From Candidatus Bathyarchaeia archaeon (lineage in GTDB: Archaea > Thermoproteota > Bathyarchaeia > Bathyarchaeales > Bathycorpusculaceae), in NCBI GenBank assembly GCA_049516875.1, contig JBEKSS010000001.1, positions 320,001 to 384,000 on the forward strand: DNA of 64,000 nt, written 5' to 3'. Numbering within the stretch: the first letter of the stretch is position 1; each line of letters starts with the position of its first letter. Shown here piece by piece: positions 31,106 through 40,543 of the stretch. Position numbers and translations under genes: made by a program. Under the pieces are notes generated by a model. The model had not been told where the DNA came from. It saw only the letters and a program-made list of their open reading frames with translations, and searched no databases.

Positions 31106-31363
31106 ACGTCAGAAAAAAAGAGAATCACGATTGGACCGCCAAAAATAACTCGGTTCGAAAAGGCAAGGATAGTGGGGGCTAGAGCCCTTCAAATAAGTAT
31201 GGGAGCCCCCATACTTGTCGACGTTTCAGAAGGCTTCACGGGACCCATAGACATAGCGTTGAAAGAGTTCGCAGCCGACATACTGCCCATGACTGTGAGA
31301 CGAAAGTTGCCAGACGGTTCCTTCCAGGACATCCCGCTGACATGGCTTCTTGAACAGCGCTAG
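31106..31363 (+). CDS. rpoK: RNA polymerase subunit K (Rpo6)
   Basis: [25 protein letters not shown]...TVRRKLPDG; homology extends upstream of the GTG at 31172 to an ACG at 31106. Confidence 0.88.
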   Translation, partial: TSEKKRITIGPPKITRFEKARIVGARALQISMGAPILVDVSEGFTGPIDIALKEFAADILPMTVRRKLPDGSFQDIPLTWLLEQR

Positions 31364-31851
31364 ACACTTCCCCTTTTTTGTTTCTGCAAACTCTGCTCTG
31401 CCGTTTTGAGTGTTTCCCTGATTTTCGTCCAGTGTGCACCTTGCCAGTAGACTTGGCCGCATTTTGGACACTCCCAGAACTCTGTGTAATGTTCAAAAGT
31501 GCTTTTCTCAACTCGGCTGGCCACTTCTTCTTTTGAAACGGGCTTCACTTGGGTGTTGCATTTTGGGCATCTGGATGTTGCCATGTCTATTTCAAGGCTG
31601 ATGCCGAATCTCTTAGCGAGTTCTGCGAGTCTCTGTTCTTCTGTTTGTCCTTGAACGTAGAAGGCGTCGACTTCTTTGGCGACAGCGTGCTGATAGAGTT
31701 CAAAGTCCCTCGTGAGTAGGATCCTTTGCTGCTTCTTGGCGATTGTTAACAGTTCAGAATCGTCCATGTTGTTTGAGTATTTCACGTCGTGTCCCATCAT
31801 TCGAAGCCAGCGAGCCAGTTTGCCGAGCATTCCATCGATGACAAACTTCAA
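31360..31851 (-). CDS. Mut7-C RNase domain protein (PIN-like + Zn ribbon)
   Basis: [26 protein letters not shown]...[13 protein letters not shown]. Confidence 0.88.
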   Translation of the reverse strand: MKFVIDGMLGKLARWLRMMGHDVKYSNNMDDSELLTIAKKQQRILLTRDFELYQHAVAKEVDAFYVQGQTEEQRLAELAKRFGISLEIDMATSRCPKCNTQVKPVSKEEVASRVEKSTFEHYTEFWECPKCGQVYWQGAHWTKIRETLKTAEQSLQKQKRGSV

Positions 31852-31855
31852 AGGG

Positions 31856-33190
31856 CTACTCTCTCCGGATTATTCGTCCGCTTCCAGGTTTCGCCACTAT
31901 TTCGTCATCGTCCATGACCAGTTGACCGGCAACGATGGTTTTAACCGGTTTTCCTTCGACCTCGCGGCCTTCGAATGGTGACCATTTTGCTTTTGAATGG
32001 AACTTTGACGCGTCAACCTTGTACTTTCTGTGGAGATCTACAATGGTTAGGTCAGCGTCGTTTCCTTCTTTCAAGCGGCCTTTGTTTTTCAGTTTGAAGA
32101 TTTCCGCGGGGTTTTCAGACATTAGTCTAACCACGTCGCCGATTGATATTCGTCCGCGTCGGACTTCGGTGAGGAGGAGCGGAAGCGTTGTCTCTAAGCC
32201 GGGTATTCCGACTTTTACGTCCCAAACAGACTCTGCTTCTTTTTCTTTCAGAGTGTGGGGCGCATGATCCGAACCTATGACGTCGACCCAGCCGTTCTTG
32301 ACAGCTTCCCACAAACCGTCAACGTCACTTTTATCACGCAAAGGCGGCATAGTCAGCGCCAAAGTTCCAACCCGTTTCAAATCCTTGGCGGACAGGAACA
32401 GGTGATGAGGTGTTACTTCACACGTTATTGGCAGCCCGGACTTCTTGGCTTCAATTATTGCCTTAAACCCTGCTTCCGTGCTTACGTGACAAAAATGCAG
32501 ATGCATGTCAGTCTGCTTTACAAGTTTCGACAAACGTTCGACAGCTTTAACTTCGACGTCCTCAGAGTGTGCCTTCAAGAAAGCATTGATGTCGTTCCGC
32601 CCAGTGTGCTTGAACTTGTCCTTATTTCTCTTCAGAGTCTGCTCATCCTCTGCGTGAGTAGCCGTTAGAATTCCTAAGCTACCAGCAATTTTGAATGCGT
32701 CTATAATAGCTTGGTCGCTGTGGATGTTCAGCCCGCCGACTTGTTCAGCCATGTAAAGTTTGAAGCCGACGGCATCTTCTCTTACAATTCCTTGGATTTC
32801 CGAATTGTCTTTTGGAAATTCAGAATAGAAACCTACGTTCACCGAAATCTTTCTTTCAGCAATTCCAATTCTGTTTCTGAGAGTTTCAACGCTCATGGTC
32901 ACTGGGTTGTTGTTGGGCATGTCGAAAACTGTTGTCATCCCGCCGGCCGCTGCCGCCGCAGTGCCGCTGTAAAAATCCTCTTTGTATGCCTTTCCCTCAT
33001 CTCGCAGATGCACATGCACATCGATCAAACCCGGCAGCACTAGGAGATTCTTCAAGTCAAACCTTGCATCTGACTTCGGCATGTTCGTTTCTCTGCCTAC
33101 CTTGAGAATCTTGCCGTCATCAATTGCCACGCTGCAATCCACTATCGTCTTATTCATGTAGGCCTTCGCGTTGATTAATACGAGGTCCAC
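31856..33190 (-). CDS. pyrC: Dihydroorotase (cyclic amidohydrolase)
   Basis: DVHVHLR, DMPN, HAED, EVTPHHL, SDHAPH. Confidence 0.85.
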   Translation of the reverse strand: MDLVLINAKAYMNKTIVDCSVAIDDGKILKVGRETNMPKSDARFDLKNLLVLPGLIDVHVHLRDEGKAYKEDFYSGTAAAAAGGMTTVFDMPNNNPVTMSVETLRNRIGIAERKISVNVGFYSEFPKDNSEIQGIVREDAVGFKLYMAEQVGGLNIHSDQAIIDAFKIAGSLGILTATHAEDEQTLKRNKDKFKHTGRNDINAFLKAHSEDVEVKAVERLSKLVKQTDMHLHFCHVSTEAGFKAIIEAKKSGLPITCEVTPHHLFLSAKDLKRVGTLALTMPPLRDKSDVDGLWEAVKNGWVDVIGSDHAPHTLKEKEAESVWDVKVGIPGLETTLPLLLTEVRRGRISIGDVVRLMSENPAEIFKLKNKGRLKEGNDADLTIVDLHRKYKVDASKFHSKAKWSPFEGREVEGKPVKTIVAGQLVMDDDEIVAKPGSGRIIRRE

Positions 33191-33290
33191 TATCAAACCG
33201 CGACACCCTTTGTGCCTGAATAACATTCGACAATCCGTTAAAGGTTTGTCATTAGATTGCCGTTCCTTTCAGGTTTCGTACGTTTACGTA

Positions 33291-33659
33291 AGGTTCCTTC
33301 ACAATTTGGCTTGGGGTAAACGCGTGTCGTTGTGCGATTTTCAAGAGCTGTACCGTTATCTTGTGGATGATTTCGTCATTGAGTACTGTCGAAGACTTCA
33401 GAAGCGAGATTTCACAATGAAGAATGAGGACTTTTCAACGAACCGAAAGGGAAAGAGAGAATGCCTCAACGATTTCTTGACGCGCAATCTGACCAGAAGC
33501 TTGAACGAATACTTCCAGACCAAGGTTGAGATTCCCCGAATTAGAATGGGAAAGAAACAAGAAATTGAAACGTTAATCAATGAAGAAGCCTTACTACTTG
33601 CCAAATATCTGAGAAATGAAAGAGAAACGTGGAAACCAAGACTTTGTTCAGTTGATTGA
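33291..33659 (+). pseudogene. cas1: C-terminal fragment of a solo/casposase-like Cas1
   Basis: FLH...SLCDFQELYRYLVDD Cas1 catalytic region and IPRIRMGKKQEIETLINEEALLLAKYLR tail; N-terminal part absent. Confidence 0.65.
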
Positions 33660-33697
33660 AGGCGCGCGTCAGGATGTAATGTGGGTCGGAAAAACAA

Positions 33698-34303
33698 ATG
33701 AGTTCAGTTAGTGATTGGCGGGTTACACCAAGAAGGAGTCGGAGTGAACTTCCGAAGGACATCACGCTTGACTTGAAAATAGATATTTTCCATGAACGCA
33801 TTGAGGGTTGGAAACTTGATATTGCAGACCAACTGATCAACGGCATCAAAGACGAAAAGGGTAACACAATAACAGAAGGCAATCCAAATGCGGGATATGC
33901 AGTTCTGGACATCATACTGAGCTACTTTGAAATGATCGCCAAGTATCAAGCTGGCTATCTAGGTATAAAGTCAAAACCGTACTTCAAAAAGGGAGTATGC
34001 ATGGTTTTCCCAGAATTGGAACGTGAAGACCCAAACTTGGTCGATATGCTGTTAGATACACTCTACTACGGTGCGCGCTGCGGGCTATATCATAACGGTC
34101 TTACTGACACTAGCATTTATCTGGAGGGCGGACGCCCACCAATAACTTTCCTGTCTGACGGGAAGGCGATTATAAATCCACATGAACTAGTTCTCGTAGT
34201 GAAGAGACACTTTGACAGTTACATAGAACAACTCAAAGACGTAAGAAATTTGGAACTAAGACAGAAATTTGAGAAAAGATTTGACGAAGATAATTCCCCG
34301 TAA
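33698..34303 (+). CDS. Hypothetical protein with HEPN-like RxxxxH motif
   Basis: Helical 201-aa ORF, YFE-x...ARCGLYHNG. Confidence 0.55.
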   Translation: MSSVSDWRVTPRRSRSELPKDITLDLKIDIFHERIEGWKLDIADQLINGIKDEKGNTITEGNPNAGYAVLDIILSYFEMIAKYQAGYLGIKSKPYFKKGVCMVFPELEREDPNLVDMLLDTLYYGARCGLYHNGLTDTSIYLEGGRPPITFLSDGKAIINPHELVLVVKRHFDSYIEQLKDVRNLELRQKFEKRFDEDNSP

Positions 34304-34354
34304 GGTTTGGGTTTGGGAGTAAAGTTCTATCCAACCAACACCCAACCCGACCTA
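34302..34354. repeat. GT-rich imperfect hairpin repeat, copy 1
   Basis: GGTTTGGGTTTGGGAGTAAAGTTCTATCCAACCAAC; direct repeat of 34755-34805. Confidence 0.7.
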
Positions 34355-34400
34355 AAGAGACGAGGAAAAAAGAATGGAACTGACAGAAGATGAGGTGATT

Positions 34401-34715
34401 CTATTGGGCCTTTTTTAGCATTTCCAGAATTTCTTCGTTCTTGCTCACAATCTTTCTTTCCATTGTATTCCATGAGAGCCATGCCATCATGCATGGTTCC
34501 TTTTGGAGTTTTTGCATAGCGTCAAGACTCCCTTCGAACACCATGTATATTATGTGTTCTGGGAAGTCAGTCCATGAGCCAAGTAGCTTTATTCCCTGTT
34601 TCTTCGTCAGGCTGTCTATTGTAGATATGAATTCCAAAGTACTCTTCCGATGTTTCTCATGAAAAGCAGGGCAGTTGTCAGGAGTATGCCTACTTATATA
34701 CATGAATACTGGCAT
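34401..34715 (-). CDS. Small DUF3303/GYD-like protein
   Basis: HTPDNCP N-terminus, LGSW...HIIYMVFE. Confidence 0.6.
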   Translation of the reverse strand: MPVFMYISRHTPDNCPAFHEKHRKSTLEFISTIDSLTKKQGIKLLGSWTDFPEHIIYMVFEGSLDAMQKLQKEPCMMAWLSWNTMERKIVSKNEEILEMLKKAQ

Positions 34716-34754
34716 AGTCCAACCTAATTCAGAATACTTTATAAATTTTATGGT

Positions 34755-34805
34755 GGGTTTGGGGTTTGGGGGTAAAGTTTTATCCCAGCCAACTTTCGCA
34801 CCCGA
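34755..34805. repeat. GT-rich imperfect hairpin repeat, copy 2
   Basis: GGGTTTGGGGTTTGGGGGTAAAGTTTTATCCCAGCCAAC. Confidence 0.7.
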
Positions 34806-34864
34806 GGATGCGGAGGTTCTATGCTACGTTTGAGACGGTGCGTTTGACGGATTGACTGTTTGCG

Positions 34865-37165
34865 TTACTGTGATGCCAATCTGATTTGTCTTTGTCCTTT
34901 GACTGCATCATAAATGGTTTTAACGGAGTAGCCGAAGGGACTGAGCATGTTGGCTGCTGATGTGTAGAGAAGAAGCAGGTACTTCTTGGTGTCCGAGTCC
35001 GTATTCTTCTCTATTAGCTCTTCTGCCAGAACTCTTCTTTCGTGACGTTTGTTTTTGGCGCTCGTGAAGAGGAACCTGACGTTCTTTCCTGCCGCAACCT
35101 CAGCTCCTTCTTTGATTAGTTGTTCGGCTGCGATGACTTGGCTGACCCGTTGCTTGTAGCTCTTCGGATCCTTCGACAAGTGTTTTGTTATTATCAGATC
35201 CCAGACTGAAACCTCGCCGTCCAGAAGCTTCTGCCTGTACTCTTTCAGCTCCTTCAAAGCGTCAGGAATCTTCTCGACAAATTCTTTCGAGTTTTTGGCC
35301 TCTGCAAGCACTTCCAACATTCTGGTCTGAGCACTGCACACAAATGGGGGAGTGTCTCTTCTTCTAACCTCCAGACCTCTTACCTTGATTTTGCCGCTCT
35401 CCATCACTCCGTAGTAACGGTTCAAAACACCCACGTTCGGATGCATTCTAGACGGAAGAAAAACAATCCAGTTATACCGACCCTCAAAACTCAGCGGAAT
35501 CCTCGTCTCCTCGCGTACCCGGCTGCACAATTCCTGATACTCCTCATCCGTTGCTCCTCTCTTCTTGAGCCAAAGCGAATCAACAATGCCGTGAACAATC
35601 CTGAATCCCTTTTCTTCGGCTATTCTTGACGCTCTCAGAAAGGCTTCTCTGCCGAAAGCGCAGACGCCTATGTGCCCGTCCACAGTGCCAAACCGTGCGT
35701 TTCTGTAGCCCAGGTAGCCGAAGCACGTGACGAGAATCCACTTCAGAGCCGTCTGCCGATTGTCGTAAACCTCCCTCAGCCTTTCATCCTCAGCCTCCGA
35801 CTTCAGCCTCTTGTAGAGCAGCCTCTTCGCGATCACGGGCTTCAGAGCCTTCGGAACGATTCCCACTTTTTTCTCGCAGATGTTGTAGCCCAGTTCTGGA
35901 ATGCGAAGCTTCGAGTCTGGACAGCACTTACACAGCACCGTTTCGGCAGAGATGTTGTTGTTAACCATCACCGTCGGGTACATAGAAGCAAAGTCAACCT
36001 CCCCAACATCGTCATGCACGCCCACCTCCGGCTCATAGACGAAGCCACCCTTATCCCCGACGAGCAGCTCAAAAGCAGACTTGAACGCCTCAGGAATACT
36101 CTTGTTCCTCGGAATCAACACGCCATCCTTCATAGCCTGATAAAACTGAATCGAAGACATGCTCGAACCTATCGACGAACGCGCAGCCGTGTGCAGCGAA
36201 ACCCTGCAAGTCCGCGCAATCTCAAACAACCCGTCCAGCCCACACTCGGCCAGGATAAACGTGTTCCTCTCGTCAACGTGAACCCTACCATACAAACGCC
36301 TCATCGGAGCCCTGTAAAAAGTGCGACCATAAGAGAAGAAAGTCCTTCCACGAACCTTCCTAGCAACAAGCGGCGTGCCTTCCCGACCCAAAACAAGCTT
36401 ATCCACAACCCCGTTAATCACCGCCCTCCGAACAAGGTAGACGAAAAGATACGAATCTCCACCCTTCGTAACAATAATATCTGGATCAAGCTCTTTAATC
36501 ACCTGCACGAATCGAAGCAACTTGTACTCCTCGTCGCCCGAATCGACGACTTCTCCGCCACCGCCTTGGCTCACCGTGATTCTGCTTACGGGATCGCTTG
36601 TCTTGGCAATCTTGCCCTGCTTGGCAACTTCCACGTCGATTCGCGAGATTCTCAAAGGCGGAATCGCGTAATCCACGCTTTCAGCCGAATCAAGCAGGCC
36701 ATACTTCAATCGGCCGCTCTCAGACTTGACGTCAACGAGCGCCAACGGAAAAACGTCACGATCGTAAAAGTACAGCTGCTCATGCTTCAAATCACAGTTA
36801 AAAACCTCGTACTGCAGGTACCTTCCAGACTTCAACACTCGACGAGTGAACGAAGACAGTCTTCTGCAGTCTTCGAGAACCACTTCGAGAACGTTGGACT
36901 CTTCGACGTCAGTTGCCTTCGCACGCCTTCGAACAAAATCCCAAGAAACAACCGCCCCGTCGTACGGAAGCTGAGCGGCAAGCCTCTCCAAGCCTTCCTC
37001 TTTTCCTGAAACGTAGATTGTGGGCTTGAAACTGTCCGTGAATCGCAGGCGTTCTCCGTTTTCACTTATAATCCAAACCGCAAACTCTCCCAGTTTGGAA
37101 GGGTATACGTCGAGTACCCAGCCCCTCACATGATCAGGGTTGAGCTGGCTTCTGTTTGACTGCAA
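34865..37165 (-). CDS. polB2: Family B DNA polymerase, PolB2 (Dpo2) group
   Basis: Motif A DFASMYP, motif B KWILVTCFGYLG, motif C HGIVDS, RGLEVRRRD; exonuclease motifs look degenerate. Confidence 0.85.
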   Translation of the reverse strand: MQSNRSQLNPDHVRGWVLDVYPSKLGEFAVWIISENGERLRFTDSFKPTIYVSGKEEGLERLAAQLPYDGAVVSWDFVRRRAKATDVEESNVLEVVLEDCRRLSSFTRRVLKSGRYLQYEVFNCDLKHEQLYFYDRDVFPLALVDVKSESGRLKYGLLDSAESVDYAIPPLRISRIDVEVAKQGKIAKTSDPVSRITVSQGGGGEVVDSGDEEYKLLRFVQVIKELDPDIIVTKGGDSYLFVYLVRRAVINGVVDKLVLGREGTPLVARKVRGRTFFSYGRTFYRAPMRRLYGRVHVDERNTFILAECGLDGLFEIARTCRVSLHTAARSSIGSSMSSIQFYQAMKDGVLIPRNKSIPEAFKSAFELLVGDKGGFVYEPEVGVHDDVGEVDFASMYPTVMVNNNISAETVLCKCCPDSKLRIPELGYNICEKKVGIVPKALKPVIAKRLLYKRLKSEAEDERLREVYDNRQTALKWILVTCFGYLGYRNARFGTVDGHIGVCAFGREAFLRASRIAEEKGFRIVHGIVDSLWLKKRGATDEEYQELCSRVREETRIPLSFEGRYNWIVFLPSRMHPNVGVLNRYYGVMESGKIKVRGLEVRRRDTPPFVCSAQTRMLEVLAEAKNSKEFVEKIPDALKELKEYRQKLLDGEVSVWDLIITKHLSKDPKSYKQRVSQVIAAEQLIKEGAEVAAGKNVRFLFTSAKNKRHERRVLAEELIEKNTDSDTKKYLLLLYTSAANMLSPFGYSVKTIYDAVKGQRQIRLASQ

Positions 37166-37406
37166 CGAGTTCCTTCTCCAGACGCATTAGAGTCTTCTGC
37201 TGTTCCAGCAGGATGCACATGACCATCGACTCGAACACCTCGGGCCGCGTAGCGTTGCTTCCAGCCGAAGCGTGATTCCTGCACGCGTCAGTCATCCGTT
37301 CAAACGCCTCTCTGTCATCACTGCGCAAGGCCTTGGCAAACCCGTTCCAAGTCCGAATCTCCGTGTCTAAAGCAATCCGGTACGATTCAACCGTTTTCCC
37401 CATCAC
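37134..37406 (-). CDS. Small helical protein typically linked to PolB2 (arCOG07300-like)
   Basis: MGKTVESYR...W..F.KALR..DREAF; position between RadA-like gene and polB2. Confidence 0.7.
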   Translation of the reverse strand: MMGKTVESYRIALDTEIRTWNGFAKALRSDDREAFERMTDACRNHASAGSNATRPEVFESMVMCILLEQQKTLMRLEKELVAVKQKPAQP

Positions 37407-38143
37407 ACACCACCTCTCACGAAATCGTCCAAAGTCAAATTCTCACATGGAAAATCAACACGTCCAAGCTTGAACAACGAATGCTTCTCGAGAGCAAACT
37501 GCTTGCCAAACGGGTACGTCCGCTTGTTCGTCACCGATATCGTGACGTTCGATCTTGCGCAAGCAACTGCGTGCAAGAAAGCACGGCGCCTAGAATAGGG
37601 GTGCGGCAAGCAAGTGGCAAGCACTATTGTGCCTTTCTTCTCGGCAAACTCGGAAACGTGAGCGCAGACCTGACTGAAAACCTCTCTGCTCTCGTCCGGC
37701 TTAATGTCCTTGTCGAGGTATAGTCCTTGAAAATCCGATATGATCACGAATTTCGCCTCATACTTGTCGATGGCTTCTTCGAGGCCGTCGAGGATTAGCG
37801 AAGTCATCTGGTGCATTGTGAACGCTCTTGAGATAAAGAATCGCTTAAGGATATCCTTCGGCCTGAGATGGTGCAGCCTAGCCAGCCGCGAAACCCTGTA
37901 CAGCCTGAACGTGTTTCCGCCGTCCACGAACACGACGCTTGATCCCAAGCCGCCCAACTGGCAGGGCAGACAAGCCCTAACAGCCAGAAGCGAAGACAAC
38001 GTCAAGACGTGTGGCAGGCCGTACATCACGGCGAAATCGCCCATCATGAACCCTGGGAACAGACTGTCTATGTTCTGCATGTTGAACGATAGCAAGGCTT
38101 GAGATGGAAGCGGCTTGATTAGGGTACTTTGCGCCAAAACCAT
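37403..38143 (-). CDS. Inactivated RadA/RecA-fold protein
   Basis: LGGLG..VVFVDGGNTF, ISRAFT..Q, IISD; Walker A degenerate (YGLPHVLT). Confidence 0.75.
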   Translation of the reverse strand: MVLAQSTLIKPLPSQALLSFNMQNIDSLFPGFMMGDFAVMYGLPHVLTLSSLLAVRACLPCQLGGLGSSVVFVDGGNTFRLYRVSRLARLHHLRPKDILKRFFISRAFTMHQMTSLILDGLEEAIDKYEAKFVIISDFQGLYLDKDIKPDESREVFSQVCAHVSEFAEKKGTIVLATCLPHPYSRRRAFLHAVACARSNVTISVTNKRTYPFGKQFALEKHSLFKLGRVDFPCENLTLDDFVRGGV

Positions 38144-38270
38144 TCACTTCCTCGAGTTAACAGGGATTAAGACACGGGCTTCCCTACACTTTTAACTGTT
38201 AGCCAGAAAAGTACGTCCATGAAAGGGGAGAGAGAAGAGTTAAAGTGAAGAAAGGCATGGAAAGCGCGCG

Positions 38271-38729
38271 CGGGAGACTCGTGGCGCTCGTGATTCTTTT
38301 AATGCGATGTTGAATTTTGGTTATCAGACGATTCTTTTTCCTGAGGTTTGGAAGGCTGTGAGCTATGCTGGGCTGGATTTCTATGCTGGATATTTACATG
38401 CTGATAGATCTGGAAAGCCTTCTCTTGTCTTGGATTTGATGGAGGAATTTCGCCAACAGCTTGTCGATCGGACCTTGGTGGGGCTGATCACAAGAAGCAT
38501 CATAAAACCTAACGAAATTTTGGCTACGGAAGCTGTTGAGGAAGGCCGAGTCTTGAGTAAGGATGTGGTTAAGGTTTTGTTGGCTAGTTTTCAGGAGCGT
38601 TTGGACAGTGAGGTGATGTTCAACGGTCAGAAAGGATCGTTGAAGAGCTTTATTTATTTGCAGGCACATTGTGTGGTGCGTTTTCTCTTGAAGGAAGCAG
38701 AGTATGTGCCCTTCTGTCTAGGATGGTAG
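38271..38729 (+). pseudogene. cas1: CRISPR-type Cas1, 5'-truncated
   Basis: RETRGARDSFNAMLNFGY...GYLH...SLVLDLMEEFR; homology starts inside GCGCGCGCG (38264-38272). Confidence 0.85.
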
Positions 38730-38779
38730 CTGTATGATAAAAAGAGAATTCTTTTTTTGTGTGTGCGGTTGTCAGGTGA

Positions 38780-39076
38780 TTGTTTTTGCGGTATGTTGTG
38801 ATTTATGATGTTTCGGATGATAATTTGCGGGCACTTGTTGCTGAGACGCTTAAGGATTATGGGTTGCAGCGGATTCAGTACAGTGGGTTCATGGGGGATC
38901 TTCGGCGGGATGAGTTGAACAGTTTGCTTGTGGACTTAAAGAATCTGATTAAGGATCTGGTTGAGAACGTTCTGCTTTTCTCTATGTGCGACAGTTGCTT
39001 GAAGGGAAAAAAAGAGGTAGGCAAGCCGAAGAAGTACCAGTTCAAGGAGGAGAAAGACAAGATTGCGTATTTTTAA
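38780..39076 (+). CDS. cas2: CRISPR-associated Cas2
   Basis: VIYDVSDD..R, YGLQRIQYS-F. Confidence 0.9.
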   Translation: MFLRYVVIYDVSDDNLRALVAETLKDYGLQRIQYSGFMGDLRRDELNSLLVDLKNLIKDLVENVLLFSMCDSCLKGKKEVGKPKKYQFKEEKDKIAYF

Positions 39077-39148
39077 TGGTGTATTGCTTGACAGTCGGTG
39101 CAAAACGTTTATGTATGCATTTGGTATCTATTGTATACGGTGGTTGTG

Positions 39149-39469
39149 TTGACGCTTAAGCCTTTGGCTGTAAGAGTGCCTGCAGAAGTGGAAAAAGAAA
39201 TTCGCGAAATCATTGAAGAAGAAAAGCTCGATAAAGCAACAGTAGTGAGGAACCTTCTTGAAATCGGCATAGCGGAATGGCGCAAGCAGACCGCGCTGGA
39301 ACTCTTGCAGAAAGGTAAAGTGACCTTTGCGAAGGCGGCCGAGACTGCAAGACTCTCTTTATGGGAGTTTGCTGACTTGGTGAAGCAGCGCAACGTCGAG
39401 TGGGTCCGCTACACGCCTGAAGAAGTTGAACGGGAGTTTAGTGAAGCGTCGGCGGCGAAGTGCAAGTGA
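39149..39469 (+). CDS. UPF0175-family antitoxin-like DNA-binding protein
   Basis: RHH-like N-terminus, ALELLQKGKVTFAKAAE...WEF. Confidence 0.75.
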   Translation: MTLKPLAVRVPAEVEKEIREIIEEEKLDKATVVRNLLEIGIAEWRKQTALELLQKGKVTFAKAAETARLSLWEFADLVKQRNVEWVRYTPEEVEREFSEASAAKCK

Positions 39470-39978
39470 AACCGCCAGTTTTCAATTCGACGCCCCTGAT
39501 TTACTTAACGAAGGCTGGGCTCAGCAGGGTTTTTGAGGGGTTGCAGGGTGAAAAGTTGACGTCGCCAGTTGTTAAGAGAGAGGTTGTTGATGAAGGCAAG
39601 CGCAGAGGCATTCCTGATGCGATTGTTTTGGATACGCTGTTTGTGAATGGAGTTTTCAAAGTTTGCGAACCTATGGATAAGAAGTTTTTGGCGAGGTTGT
39701 TGGAGACGCATGGGCTTCACTTGGCGGATGCTGAGGTTTTAACTATCGCTCGTGAACGTTCAGGAATCGCGGTGATTGATGATGAGGTGGCGAGGAAGAC
39801 TGCGAAGGTTTATGGTGTTGATTATGTTGGTTCGCCTTATGTTTTGATGCAGGCTGTCTGTGAAGGGCTTATTTCGAAAGCGAAGGCTAAGCAAGCTGTT
39901 AATGACATGGTTTCTGCGGGTTGGCATTGTAGCGTGGAGAGCTACGCGAAGATTATGGAAGCCTTAGAGAAACTGTAA
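39466..39978 (+). CDS. PIN-domain toxin-like protein (DUF3368)
   Basis: VFNSTPLIYL, V..EV, L.LADAE, IDDEVARK; coupled to the antitoxin. Confidence 0.78.
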   Translation: MKPPVFNSTPLIYLTKAGLSRVFEGLQGEKLTSPVVKREVVDEGKRRGIPDAIVLDTLFVNGVFKVCEPMDKKFLARLLETHGLHLADAEVLTIARERSGIAVIDDEVARKTAKVYGVDYVGSPYVLMQAVCEGLISKAKAKQAVNDMVSAGWHCSVESYAKIMEALEKL

Positions 39979-39990
39979 GGGTTTTAAACG

Positions 39991-40476
39991 TTGGGCAAGT
40001 TTAGGGATGAATGGTTGAAGCGGCAACAGCGGTTGCCTGTTTCAGATATTGCTGAGTCTTTTGTCTCTGTTACTGATATCAAGCATTACGTTTATTGTCC
40101 CCGGTTGGTTTATTTTGATAGAGTTTTGCATGCGGCGCCAGTTTTTGGTTCTCAGCAAGAGGATAGTAAAGAATTGCATGAAGATTATGTTGCTAAAGAG
40201 CTCAGGAGAAAAGACGCAGTCTACTATTCGCCTGAGTTTGTTGGTGCCGAGAAGTTTTTGTTTACAACGTTGAGTTCTGGTGAGTTGGGGTTGCAGGGTA
40301 ACGTTGACTGCATAATCAAAACCGCGAAGGGCGAGTTTGTTCCTGTGGAGTACAAGAACATGAGCTCTGACGATGGCCCAGTTTGCATGGACCACAAGTA
40401 CCAACTCGTCGCCTACGCCTTGCTCATCGAAGAGAATTTTGGTACAATCGTTAAGCAGGGGTTTGTGAATTACATT
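39991..40476 (+). pseudogene. cas4: Cas4, 3'-truncated
   Basis: YCPR, G-VD, PVEYK, QLVAY; the three C-terminal Fe-S cysteines are missing and the ORF runs into unrelated sequence. Confidence 0.82.
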
Positions 40477-40543
40477 ATGGACTCACAACACGATAGAGGA
40501 CAATACGACTGCGCGCGCTCGAGTCGCGGGGTGAGTCGCTCAG

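Noticed and set aside
35672-37009. 445-aa plus-strand ORF
   Set aside because: Antisense shadow of polB2 with no recognisable motifs.
33291-38729. Intact casposon (Cas1 + PolB)
   Set aside because: The polymerase has PolB2 motifs and its usual RadA-like/small-protein partners, both cas1 genes are fragments, and no enclosing TIR/TSD pair was found.
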